Part shown: positions 1 through 9,666 of the stretch, in pieces
Numbering within the stretch: the first letter of the stretch is position 1
Layout: each line of letters starts with the position of its first letter
Sequence record: DRR378314_1424
Reading direction: 5' to 3' (one strand)
Length of the DNA stretch: 64,000 nt
Notes under the pieces: model-generated
The model's database searches: none
What the model saw: only the letters and a program-made list of their open reading frames with translations
Told to the model about the DNA's origin: nothing
Position numbers and translations under genes: made by a program

Positions 1-30
1 TCGTAGGTTCGAATCCTACCACCCCAGCCA
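1..30 (+). tRNA. 3' portion of a tRNA, most likely tRNA-Gln (5' part outside window)
   Basis: T-arm GTAGG-TTCGAAT-CCTAC, acceptor strand CACCCCA, discriminator G and encoded CCA at 28-30. The implied UGGGGUG 5' end with G73 is typical of Gln. Anticodon not visible. Confidence 0.85.
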
Positions 31-60
31 AGTCTTTCAGATCATTGAAGCAAGCAGTCA

Positions 61-92
61 GGACACTCCCGTTGGCGGGAATGCCCCAGTTT
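61..92 (+). terminator. GC-rich hairpin downstream of the tRNA (possible terminator)
   Basis: TCCCG-ttgg-CGGGA (67-80) with imperfect outer pairing, followed by a short T run. Confidence 0.35.
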
Positions 93-291
93 CCTAGCAT
101 TGGTCTGAGTATAGAAATCAGAGCTAGGGGGATAGGGGTAAGTAATGGAAGAAGGGGGAAGAGGCACCAACCAGCTGCACTTCCCCCCAGAATCTACCCT
201 CCCAGAGACCCTAGCTCTCGTTAAAGACCCGTTCACGCAGCCTGCGACCGGCATAGGGCACTCCTCAGGCCCATTGTCCTCCCTTAACCAC

Positions 292-1374
292 TCAGGACCG
301 GTTCAGCAGTTTGTTATATTTCTTCACGAACAGATCCTCGCCCTTCATTTTGCGCGTCAGGAAGTCTCCTACAGTGAACAGGCCGAGGAAAGAGTTGCCG
401 CGCTTGGGGCCAAGCGGCAGGAGGATTGGTGCTTTAGGTCCCCACGGCTTGTAGGGCCTCATTTCCTCAAGTTTCTTGCCGACGATCAGCCCTTTCAGCG
501 TCGCCTTGAGCCACGACAGCTGTCGGCTTATGGCGACGATGGTCATGCCGTCGCCAGCATCGACCACGTCTCCGGCGGCAAAGACATTGGGCAATGACGA
601 AGGGCGCAGCCAGCCATCGACCTTGACCCGGTTCGCGGTGCTTTTCTCGGTATCGGACAAAGTCTCTAGCAGTTCTGCACTGGCGCGCGAGCCAAGGACT
701 GGGAAGACGAGGTCAAAATCGTGCTCAGATCCGTCAGAGAGCGTCAGACTTCCGGCGTAAGGCGCGGTCATGCTTTGCAGGTTCTCGGCCCTTTTGCCAA
801 GGATAAGCTTCACGCCAGCATCGTGTAGTTTTTTGGCCAGCCCTTTGCCAAGCTTGTCAGGCATGGTGGGAAATAGACAGTCCGTATCCGAAATCAGCGT
901 GACTTTCTTATCCGGCATGGCGTGCGCAATCTCACCAGCCAGTTCTGTGCCAACGGCCCCTGCGCCGACGATGCCGATGGAGCGGGCAGCTTTCAATTGG
1001 TCATGAATACGGTGATTGGCCTGTCGCAGGCCTTCGATGTCGTCACCCACAGGTTTGAACGGCATTGCGTTGGATGATCCGGTGGCCACCACGAAGTAAT
1101 CCGCCTCGACCCGCGGGCCATTGTCCAGCGTCACGCCGCCCTTGTCGATGCCAGTCGCGCGGGCGCGGACGACCCGACCGTTTCTTAGCAAGCTGTCATA
1201 GGGGATGAGGGATCGATCAAGGAGGGAAGGATCGACAACGGCGCGGATCATCGCGGGTGCGTGCACGAAATGGCTGCGTGGCTCGATCAGGGTAATGTCA
1301 GCAGTATCGTCAAGCGATTTTGCCAATTCGGCACCGAGGTAGCCACCTCCGATGATAGCGATGCGTTTGGTCAT
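292..1374 (-). CDS. FAD-dependent pyridine nucleotide-disulfide oxidoreductase (AIFM2/FSP1/NDH-2-like)
   Basis: Two Rossmann motifs (IIGGGYLG, IVGAGAVGTE), ATGS and VFAAGD. Start moved to MTKRIAI at 1374, with AAAGGA RBS. Confidence 0.85.
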   Translation of the reverse strand: MTKRIAIIGGGYLGAELAKSLDDTADITLIEPRSHFVHAPAMIRAVVDPSLLDRSLIPYDSLLRNGRVVRARATGIDKGGVTLDNGPRVEADYFVVATGSSNAMPFKPVGDDIEGLRQANHRIHDQLKAARSIGIVGAGAVGTELAGEIAHAMPDKKVTLISDTDCLFPTMPDKLGKGLAKKLHDAGVKLILGKRAENLQSMTAPYAGSLTLSDGSEHDFDLVFPVLGSRASAELLETLSDTEKSTANRVKVDGWLRPSSLPNVFAAGDVVDAGDGMTIVAISRQLSWLKATLKGLIVGKKLEEMRPYKPWGPKAPILLPLGPKRGNSFLGLFTVGDFLTRKMKGEDLFVKKYNKLLNRS

Positions 1375-1461
1375 GATGGGCGTTCCTTTCAGGGCGCTTT
1401 TGGGCGGATGATCCGCCTCTAACGCCACGGGAGTTTGATAGCGGCGGCGATTATTTGGGTA

Positions 1462-2343
1462 TCAGGCGACCTCTGGTGGATAGGTGATCTGGCCGTAATT
1501 GCCTGCACGGTATTCGCGGAAGGCCTCAGTCAATTCGGCCTCGGTGTTCATCACGAAAGGGCCACGGATCGCAACCGGGTCCGCAATCGGTTTGCCGCCA
1601 AACAGCAGGACGTCAAGCGGGTCCGCACTTGGGTTGAGGATTTCGATTTCGGTACCCTCTTCAGACAACACAAAAGACCGCTGTGCAGAAATTTGTGTGC
1701 CGCTTACAACGGCGTCTTGAACAGGCAGGAAGCCTGCGACGTGCAAGCCTTTTGGCAGGTCCACCTTTGCTGAACCCGTCGATTCAATGCGCACATGCCA
1801 GATGAATTCTTCCGCAAAAGTCGAGATTGGCGCGGTGTAGCCATCATATGTGCCCAGAAGTACCTTGAGGTGAGCCCGTCCGCTTGGCAGCGCGACAACG
1901 GGTAGGTCTTCCGCCGGGATAGGCAAATATTCTGCCGGTTCCGCCTTATTTTTGGCAGGCAGATTGATCCAGAACTGAAAGCTGTGCAGCGTGCCGCCAT
2001 TCTGGCGAAGGTCGGCGGGGATCATCTCGTCATGCACGATGCCGTTCCCGGCTTTCATCCATTGCACACCGCCCGCATCGATTATGCCGTGGCCGCCCGT
2101 GCTGTCCGCATGGGCAAGAGCGCCTTCAAGAACATAGGTAAAGGTAACGATGCCCCGATGCGGGTGGGCGAAAGACCCGTCAGGATTGGGAATTTCGCCC
2201 GGCGCTATGTCCCGCGGCGGCAGGTGATCCAGCAACATGATCGGCCCCACGAATTGCACCGCCGCATTTGGCACGGCGCGGGCAATCGTGAAAGGCCCGA
2301 CCTGATCGGGCTGGACGTCATGTTGTGAAGTGATCTGTTTCAT
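1462..2343 (-). CDS. Pirin family protein
   Basis: HPHRG and WMKAGNGIVHDE metal-binding motifs, FQFWINLP, C-terminal GPFVMNT. Confidence 0.95.
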   Translation of the reverse strand: MKQITSQHDVQPDQVGPFTIARAVPNAAVQFVGPIMLLDHLPPRDIAPGEIPNPDGSFAHPHRGIVTFTYVLEGALAHADSTGGHGIIDAGGVQWMKAGNGIVHDEMIPADLRQNGGTLHSFQFWINLPAKNKAEPAEYLPIPAEDLPVVALPSGRAHLKVLLGTYDGYTAPISTFAEEFIWHVRIESTGSAKVDLPKGLHVAGFLPVQDAVVSGTQISAQRSFVLSEEGTEIEILNPSADPLDVLLFGGKPIADPVAIRGPFVMNTEAELTEAFREYRAGNYGQITYPPEVA

Positions 2344-2446
2344 CAGATATTTCCTTTTGTTGATCCAGAATTAGACCTTCAAAAGATGAATTGATATTTA
2401 TATATTTTGCAGCTCTATATAAGAAACACTAATATATGGACCATCC

Positions 2447-3370
2447 ATGAAACTGGATCATCTGAAGGTGCTGCGTGCCGTGGTCGAAACGGGGACGGTC
2501 AAACTGGCAGCCGAGACTCTGAACCGCACGCAGCCTGCGATAAGTCAGGCGCTGAAGGCGCTGGAGTTCCAAACCGGAACCGAACTGTTCGACCGCTCGG
2601 GCTATCGGCTTGAACTCACTCCGGTTGGCAGGCGTGTCTATCTGCAATCCTTGCGGGTTCTATCCGAGGCCGACGATTTGGCGCATTTGATCAAGCACTT
2701 CGAGAAAGGACAGGAGGAGACGATTACAATCGCCGTCGACGCCGCTGCCAATCCGGACGTCCTGACGCCAGTATTGCTCGATCTGCAATCCCGCTTTCCC
2801 GACACGCGCGTGATCCTGCGGGCTGAGGTTCTGTCTGGTGCGATCGAGGCGGTACAAACGGGGACCGCCGCGCTTGCTGTGGCTCCCGCAATCCAAGTTA
2901 TGCTTGAGGAGGAAGGTTTCGATTACATTCCGGTGGACAGGTCCTTCATGCGCAATGTCGCGGCTCCTTCACTTATTGGGGCAATGGGCGCGCCCGACAC
3001 GCTGGCCGACCTACGGGGGTTCCACCAGGTCATCGCGCGTGACAGCGGACAAGCCACGGGTTTGTTTGACCGCGAGCTTGGCGTCCAAAAGGGACAGCGG
3101 CGGTGGTATGTCAGCGATCTGCATATGAAGAAACAATTGCTTGCAACCGGTCTTGGCTGGGGGCGCCTGCCAGAGCACTTGATTGCCGATGAGTTAGCGA
3201 AGGGCATATTGCAGGAAATCAAGTTACCCAATACTCATCTCAGCTTTGACATCGAGGTTTTCGCCTTCCGTATGCGCAAGCCGAGTTCTGGACCGGTTGC
3301 GTCTTACGTCTGGAACACATTTGAGGCAGCTTCAATGTCACTTGAAGAGCGTGAAAGAGCTGGGTCCTGA
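2447..3370 (+). CDS. LysR family transcriptional regulator (divergent from pirin)
   Basis: N-terminal HTH AAETLNRTQPAISQALKALE...LFDR; GLGWGRLP in the effector domain; AT-rich intergenic region. Confidence 0.95.
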   Translation: MKLDHLKVLRAVVETGTVKLAAETLNRTQPAISQALKALEFQTGTELFDRSGYRLELTPVGRRVYLQSLRVLSEADDLAHLIKHFEKGQEETITIAVDAAANPDVLTPVLLDLQSRFPDTRVILRAEVLSGAIEAVQTGTAALAVAPAIQVMLEEEGFDYIPVDRSFMRNVAAPSLIGAMGAPDTLADLRGFHQVIARDSGQATGLFDRELGVQKGQRRWYVSDLHMKKQLLATGLGWGRLPEHLIADELAKGILQEIKLPNTHLSFDIEVFAFRMRKPSSGPVASYVWNTFEAASMSLEERERAGS

Positions 3371-3876
3371 TACAGGAGCGAGTCACGACCTAACTAGATC
3401 AATCGAGGAATGACTTGATGCAGATCGAACACAAGGTTGGAGAAACCAAAGGCCGATATTCCATTTCCAGTTCATCGGGCGCGTTTCTTGCTGCGCTGTC
3501 CTAATCCATCGCAGGTAAGCCGATGACTATCATTCACCACATCAACGTATCAGAAAATTGAAGGGACAGGTTGTTTACCACCTCCTGTTCACGCGAATTG
3601 GCGGGAATGCCCCAGGTGTCGGGGGTGTGGTGTACGATTGTGACATCAATATTTGCGCGCTCAAGATCAGCGTATCGAACATATGGCCGGATCAAACTAC
3701 CGCCTTCTGGATCTGGCTCTGTTACGGTTCCATCCGGAAATGCGACCTACGTCTCTTCAACTATCAACAGGTTCCGATAAAACTCATTTCCAGCCATGGG
3801 CGACGCTGTATTGCAAAGGCTGGGCCTGTGTAGCTGGGATCAGGGTGATGTGAATTACAGAGCACAGCCTGCCTAT

Positions 3877-5433
3877 CTAGCTTCCCAAGTAGCTGAAGTC
3901 AGGCAGCCAAATTCCTGTTCCGATCACGTCAATGACGTTGCTTTGGTTTTCAGGGCTCTCTGAAAAATCGACCAAAGTCCTCTCGCGGCTATAGTTTCCG
4001 TCATCGAGAACACCTGTCCAAAAGTCATATCCGGCCTGGTCGGGATCTCGATGAAGCACGTTATTATACAGTAACTCGATGAAACGTTCGTCCGAAATTG
4101 AGCTTGCTGTGCCATATCGCTGTGCAAATTCTTCTGATTGCATGAAGAACTCGGCCGTTCCTTGCAAATCAACCGAACCTGCATCAAGCACGCCGATCCA
4201 GAATATCAGACCCGGAGTATCGGGTTCACGATCAAAGGCTGCTTGGTACAATCTATAGGCTTGCCCTGCGGTTTCATTGACATCGAGTGCAAGCACCCCA
4301 TCGTCAAATTCAATGCGTTCAATGCTGGAAAGGCGATCAGGTATTCCGGGGAAGAAAGTATCTTCAACATAGACCGTTAAATCATCACTTTCTGTGATAA
4401 CAAACTCATCGCGATTGCCAACAGCAAAGTAAACGTCCAGTTCGCCTGTTCCAGTTATACATTCAGCGATCAAAAAATCATTTACAAAATTTGAACCCGT
4501 AGCTGCCTGCCCATTGTCAAAGACGTTTTGTGGCGCAACACAATCGTAGTCTGCGGGAAGATCTGGAGGAGGTAAGTTGATGAGCCCAGGATCTGGTGCA
4601 ACAGGAATAGGGGTGGGCTCTGGAGTGGGTGTCGGTTGGGGAGTAGGTGTCGGATCGGGCAGCTCACCTTCCGTTGGAAACAACCGGACACGGTACTCAG
4701 CTTCATCGAGAACGACATAGTCGAGATAGGAAATGGAGAGCAATTCGCCGTTTATCGTGTTCCTAGGTAAATCTTCCGGGTTCGCATCTGAAATATCTGT
4801 GTCGCCATTGAAGCCAAAGACCGCAAAGGTGACTGGATCACCGGTCAATGTCCACGTCGCAGTTGCTTCTCCTCCAATTGGGTCAAGTGAATAATGTTGA
4901 ACGCGGTCTTCCACACCGTTTAGGTCTTCGCCAATTGAGTAGCCACTGACAAAAAGGTCTTCGCGCGCTTTGAAACTTGGATATGCATCGGGATCAAGCG
5001 CGGTCGCCTCATCACCTGGATCGTCCTCTGGAGCCGATGTGTTGTAGACAATTGCGCCTGCAGTATTGGACACCCCAGACACAGGTACGACAACCAAGCT
5101 GCTGAACCCATCCTGGTTCTCGAAAATTCGAAAGTTGACTTCCACTTCTTCTACACCATTCGGTGTGAACTGGAAGTAATCTATCGGATCAGCATTTGGG
5201 AGTGCCGTACTGCTGCGTTCAGGGCTGTAGAAGAACAATGTAGTGTAACGAAAAGAACCGGTATCATCCGCAATATATACGCCCGGATTGCCCCAAACCT
5301 CGTCTTCGTCAAAACCAACAGAACCTTGTACATCAAACCCCTCAAAGGCACTTGGGAAGTTTGTATCATCGATGACGAGCTCGCCAAGATTCTGAGCATC
5401 CGTGTATGTATTATCGCTATCGAAATCGGCCAT
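3877..5433 (-). CDS. Acidic extracellular/surface protein with Pro/Thr linker and C-terminal DUF4214 domain
   Basis: IERIEFDDG...AGQAYRLYQAAFDREPD...FW...SEEF...LYNNVLHRDPD...FSESPE; PTPTPQPTPTPEPTP linker; Asp/Glu-rich. Confidence 0.85.
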   Translation of the reverse strand: MADFDSDNTYTDAQNLGELVIDDTNFPSAFEGFDVQGSVGFDEDEVWGNPGVYIADDTGSFRYTTLFFYSPERSSTALPNADPIDYFQFTPNGVEEVEVNFRIFENQDGFSSLVVVPVSGVSNTAGAIVYNTSAPEDDPGDEATALDPDAYPSFKAREDLFVSGYSIGEDLNGVEDRVQHYSLDPIGGEATATWTLTGDPVTFAVFGFNGDTDISDANPEDLPRNTINGELLSISYLDYVVLDEAEYRVRLFPTEGELPDPTPTPQPTPTPEPTPIPVAPDPGLINLPPPDLPADYDCVAPQNVFDNGQAATGSNFVNDFLIAECITGTGELDVYFAVGNRDEFVITESDDLTVYVEDTFFPGIPDRLSSIERIEFDDGVLALDVNETAGQAYRLYQAAFDREPDTPGLIFWIGVLDAGSVDLQGTAEFFMQSEEFAQRYGTASSISDERFIELLYNNVLHRDPDQAGYDFWTGVLDDGNYSRERTLVDFSESPENQSNVIDVIGTGIWLPDFSYLGS

Positions 5434-5994
5434 TCAATTTCCTTGCGAGAAACCGTCTCATTGCGTCTAACCTAGGCGGAATAATGCCATTAATCGTTAA
5501 AATATGCTATATTTTTTTCGTCACCCTCTGGCTGTAGGTGGCTCGCCGCAGCGCCATATTGCTTTAAAGTGTAGCTTTTGAGGTGATCATCAATGAAACC
5601 TCTTTCCTAGTGCAATAGTCGATCAATCAATTGAAATAATTACCTTTTTAAACTTCCATTTCATTTTCCAGGAAAGCTGAACGCTTCCGCTTTTGGTCAC
5701 GCGTCGAATGACCGGAAAGCGGGCCGCAGACGCGACATATTGGACTATGTTTGAGTGACCGCTAGGGCCGAAAGCGAAACCATCACCCCCGACATCCACT
5801 GAAAAGCTTGAGGTCAGCTGATACCCTACTCCCGCGATACAACGAGCTATTCGCACCAATGCAATCCAGCGCGGCTTGGACCCTGCCGACCTTATGCCGG
5901 AAGAGAAAAGCGCACCCTAAAGTTACCAAGGCTGTCCATAAACTCGGAACAGTTCAAAGCACGTCATCTGGGCGTCCATGATACAGACAACGGT

Positions 5995-7602
5995 TCAATT
6001 TTCCAGAACACCAACTGACTTAAGTGAGTGCTGCAATGAAGCCAGTTGAGTCTCGTATCGCTTCCAGCCTTGGTTGCTGTTTGAATAAATCGGTTTGCGA
6101 ACTTGGTCTGCGCTTGCCGTTAAGACTTGATTTGTAGCGCGTTCAGGTGCCAACCAATGCTCCGTCCACCGCAGATCGGTCGCAAGAGCGATACCTTTGG
6201 TTGTGGGCGCGGGGTGCGTGACTAAATCTTCGTATTTCACGTCGATCATCTGGTCGATATTGAGGCTTTTCCAAAAGGACAGATAGTTTGAATGAAGCAC
6301 CATAAATCGAGATATGTCTTCATTCCTATGGACGAAATCGTTCCCTGCCCCTTGAAAAAAGTGTTTATACAAAGACCAAGCAACGGGCAGCGGATCGCGG
6401 GAAATATGTATGATACGCGCCTCTGGCAATGCAGCGCAAATATATCCTATCCACCGAAAATTCAGAGGCATTTTGTCAATCAGGCGCGTGCCTTCGGTTG
6501 AATACCTGGCAAAGGAATTGAGTAACTCACCTCGCAGCTGTGCAATGTCTTCCGCATGCAGGGCTTTGTCTGGTCGGTTCATAATGCGGCGCAACAAACG
6601 CGATACGGCGCGCGGAACAACCGACAGTTCACCACAAGCCCGTACACCCTGTGCCCGTGATAAAATCCCCTCCATCAACGAAGTGCCGGACCTAGGCAGC
6701 CCCGTAATAAAAATTGGTCGAAAGTTACTCTCTGTGGCGTGGGAAAACGCGCTTTTCGTTCCAAAAATCGCTTTTGTAAGCGCAAACGGGATCATGTGTT
6801 TTTGAAAATCAAAATTGGCTTGCGACGCGGCCAGCCGGTTACCCTTCTCAAGGAACTCGAAGGCCTCTGTGCATCTATCTTTTTCATCCAAAGCCTTGAA
6901 TAGGGCAAAGAAGAGCGGCGCGTTTTTAGGATCTTTCTGATCTACTGAATTCAGTAGACCAAGCATTTCTTCCAGATGGCCGTCCGCGACACTATAGTCG
7001 ATTACCTGCGACATATTCTGATGCAAAATAACGTTATTTGGTTCGCGATCCAAAGCGCGCCGGTAGCACTTTGCCGCTTCCGTTCGTTTCCCTAGGGAGC
7101 GTTCAAGTATGCCCAGATTGTTAAGGGTTGTGGGATCTTCAGGAGAGAGTTCCAATGCCGCCAATAGATACGTTCGTGATTTTTCCGGTTGGCTCATTTC
7201 CCGGAGTGCGCGCGCGTTGATGTTTAGTAGCTTGATATCATTCGGATGCGTCTCTAACAGCTTTGACGCGGTGTCCGATGCCGCCGGTGCCTGCCCCATG
7301 TCTAACTGACATTGAGCAAGCCGTTGCCCGATGCTCAAGTCACTGGGTGACAAGAAAAAAGCTGCACCCAGATACCTTTCTGCCTCTGCCAACTCATTGG
7401 AAGCAAGATACTTATTGGCTTGGGATAGCAATTCCGGAAAGGCGGTGTTTCGCACCCCTTGGAGTGCTTTCTTAGCCCGGTTATTGCCTGGATATTGTTG
7501 CAGAAGTTGTTGTAGAAGCTCGCATGCTTTGGCCCAATCCCGCTCCTTGCTTGCCTTTTTAGCCTTGCCCAAGACTACATCAGCTTTAAGGGGCTTAGAC
7601 AT
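5995..7602 (-). CDS. TPR-repeat sulfotransferase family protein
   Basis: N-terminal TPRs; PAPS-binding PIFITGLPRSGTSL; IDKMPLNF; TASADQVRKPIY. Confidence 0.92.
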   Translation of the reverse strand: MSKPLKADVVLGKAKKASKERDWAKACELLQQLLQQYPGNNRAKKALQGVRNTAFPELLSQANKYLASNELAEAERYLGAAFFLSPSDLSIGQRLAQCQLDMGQAPAASDTASKLLETHPNDIKLLNINARALREMSQPEKSRTYLLAALELSPEDPTTLNNLGILERSLGKRTEAAKCYRRALDREPNNVILHQNMSQVIDYSVADGHLEEMLGLLNSVDQKDPKNAPLFFALFKALDEKDRCTEAFEFLEKGNRLAASQANFDFQKHMIPFALTKAIFGTKSAFSHATESNFRPIFITGLPRSGTSLMEGILSRAQGVRACGELSVVPRAVSRLLRRIMNRPDKALHAEDIAQLRGELLNSFARYSTEGTRLIDKMPLNFRWIGYICAALPEARIIHISRDPLPVAWSLYKHFFQGAGNDFVHRNEDISRFMVLHSNYLSFWKSLNIDQMIDVKYEDLVTHPAPTTKGIALATDLRWTEHWLAPERATNQVLTASADQVRKPIYSNSNQGWKRYETQLASLQHSLKSVGVLEN

Positions 7603-7699
7603 TTACAGTTATCCTTTTGAAGTTCGGCAAGGTGCTGCCACAAGGTTCCAACAAATTGCCGGCTTTTGGAAGTGCTCTCTGATCTGCATAGGGTTTATG

Positions 7700-7852
7700 T
7701 CGGCCGCTGATGCGCCCGCGGAATACGGTCCGCACAAGACGCTTTATAACCGTTGGAAGCACTGGAGTGATAAGGGTATCTTCGCAAAGATGATGATGGG
7801 ACTGGCAGCCGATCGCGGCGAGGAGAAGACCGTGATGATTGATGCGACATAC
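7700..7852 (+). mobile_element. IS5-family transposase remnant
   Basis: Translation DAPAEYGPHKTLYNRWKHWSDKGIF...MIDATY is typical of IS5-family transposase N-termini up to the first catalytic Asp. No ends or remainder visible. Confidence 0.85.
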
Positions 7853-8100
7853 CCATCGGGGAGATGCCAAAGGGCCGCTCGGCTTGTACTCCAAACAAGG
7901 GAATGCTCAGGTCACGGTTTGAAACATCGCGCAATATCCGGGGTTGCAATGTAATGGCACCAAGGGCGGCCCGATTGCGCGCCGCCCCCGTTTCACGTCC
8001 AGCCGCACCATCAATATAGTCAAAGACCATCCACGGCAGACGCCGTTTGGCGCGAAGCCGTGCGTCTTCGGCACTATGGATGGCATCGGCTGACGTCAGG
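7846..8100 (-). pseudogene. 5' fragment of an FMN-dependent alpha-hydroxy acid dehydrogenase (probable sulfolactate dehydrogenase, slcD-like)
   Basis: IHSAEDARLRAKRRLPWMVFDYIDGAAG...PRILRDVS...FGISPMGM, then abrupt junction with the IS5 remnant; lies directly downstream of comDE. Confidence 0.8.
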
Positions 8101-8121
8101 CGCGGCTCCGCGCTGCGCCTA

Positions 8122-8676
8122 TCATTCCGCGACGGCCTCCATAAAGCGGTGACGGATCACAACCGGGTCCATCGTGATCACTGGCAGCTTGATGTTACCG
8201 CTGTCACATTTGCACACGATGATGGTCATCTGATCGCTGTCCACCGCCTCTTGCAAGACGGGACCAAGATCTTTGTCCTGCACCTCGACGACGTTTTCGC
8301 AGCCACAGGCCCGCGCCACATCGGTGAGGTTGGTTTTCATGCCGGCATATGTCGGCTGGTCACCGGTCGAGCCATAGGACCCGTTGTCGATGATCAACAG
8401 CGTGTAGTTGCCCGTCGCGTTGTTGGCGATGGTGGGCAGCGTGCCGAGATTGGTCAGAACCGATCCGTCACCGTCGATCGAGATCACTGGCTTGTCTTGC
8501 GCCAATGCCAAGCCAAAGCCGATTGATGAGCTAAGGCCCATCGTGCCAAGCATGTAGAAGTTGCGCGGGTTGTCATCGATCATATGCAGCTCTTGGCTGG
8601 GCAAACCGATATTGCAGACAACGAGATGCGGATTAAGGATCGGGGCGATTTCTTTGAGAATTTCAGAACGGATCAT
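8122..8676 (-). CDS. comE: Sulfopyruvate decarboxylase subunit beta
   Basis: FYMLGTMG, TPP-binding IDGDGS...IIDNGSYGSTGDQ; overlaps the alpha subunit gene. Confidence 0.9.
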   Translation of the reverse strand: MIRSEILKEIAPILNPHLVVCNIGLPSQELHMIDDNPRNFYMLGTMGLSSSIGFGLALAQDKPVISIDGDGSVLTNLGTLPTIANNATGNYTLLIIDNGSYGSTGDQPTYAGMKTNLTDVARACGCENVVEVQDKDLGPVLQEAVDSDQMTIIVCKCDSGNIKLPVITMDPVVIRHRFMEAVAE

Positions 8677-9179
8677 TGGTCGCCATAGCCTCCCCAGAAG
8701 TTGGCGTCGGTTAGGATCGCCACAGGTTTATTGCACATGAAGGTGTATTTCAGGATGTTGTCGAACTCTTTGACATCATCTTGCCAGTGGAAATGATAGG
8801 TGGGGATATTTAACTGCGCCAGCAACGCTTTGGTATGCACCGCCATTTCGACCTGACAGGCCACGGGTTCGCGCAGTTCACCACGGTAGGAAATGATCAT
8901 CGGCAGTGGCATCCGGTAGAATTGGGTGAGTGTCACCAACGTATTTATCGTCACACCGATGGCGGTGTTCTGCATGATGATCGCAGGGCGTTTGCCGCCC
9001 ATAAATGCACCTGCGCATAGCCCCATGCCTTCGTCTTCCTTGTTCGAAGGGATATGGAAGATGTCGTCACGCGCGTCGACCTCCTTGATCACACCGGCGA
9101 GCTGTTTGCACGGCACGGTGGTCACAAAAGAGACGTCGTTTGCGACAAGATCATCTACGATCTTCTTGTCGATGTTCAT
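8673..9179 (-). CDS. comD: Sulfopyruvate decarboxylase subunit alpha
   Basis: VTTVPCKQL, KEDEGMGLCAG, MQNTAIG, ISYRGE. Start moved to MNIDKK at 9179. Confidence 0.9.
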   Translation of the reverse strand: MNIDKKIVDDLVANDVSFVTTVPCKQLAGVIKEVDARDDIFHIPSNKEDEGMGLCAGAFMGGKRPAIIMQNTAIGVTINTLVTLTQFYRMPLPMIISYRGELREPVACQVEMAVHTKALLAQLNIPTYHFHWQDDVKEFDNILKYTFMCNKPVAILTDANFWGGYGDQ

Positions 9180-9228
9180 AAGTGAAAAGCCTTTCTGGTT
9201 GGATGTACTGTTGGCGAATGTGCCTGCG

Positions 9229-9640
9229 TCACGTATTGCGATAAACGTGCACGGCGCCGGGGCGCGTGCCGCATAACACGTGCGGCTGTAGCCCCCAGCA
9301 AATGGTCGCTGAAACCCGGTTTGTGCGCCCCCATCACGATGCAATCGATACCCTGCGTCGATGCGTAGTCAATGATGGAACGATAAGTATGCCCGATGAC
9401 CATCTCGGCCTTTACGCCGGCCAAATGTTCGGTTCTTGCGCGTAATTCGGCGCGCGCCCTTGCAAGGCCCTCCTCTTTGGCAGCGTCATTAACATAGTTG
9501 CGAACCGCCCCTTGCGGCGCTTCATAGACATGCAGGGCGCTTATTTCACCCGCGCTACCTGTCAGGGGTTTGGCAATCTCCAAAATGCCTTTGGACACGC
9601 CGTGGTCGAGGGCCATGGGGACAAGAAATTTTTTGTACAC
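9229..9640 (-). pseudogene. Universal stress protein with a +1 frameshift near the C-terminus
   Basis: GTG start, YKKFLVP...IDCIVMGAHKPG...LLGATAARVMRHAP. The canonical ending AVHVYRNT* (stop at 9229) lies in another frame after about 9260. Confidence 0.75.
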
Positions 9641-9666
9641 AATTGATCTCCGATTGCCCGCTGTCG

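Noticed and set aside
3534-3760. Start-less minus-strand frame VAFPDGTVTEPDPEGG...LMW* downstream of the DUF4214 gene
   Set aside because: Looks protein-like and may be a gene remnant, but it has no start or recognisable family.
5460-5990. Intergenic stretch with a 78-aa ORF (5623-5859)
   Set aside because: No RBS or motif support; probably non-coding or degraded sequence.
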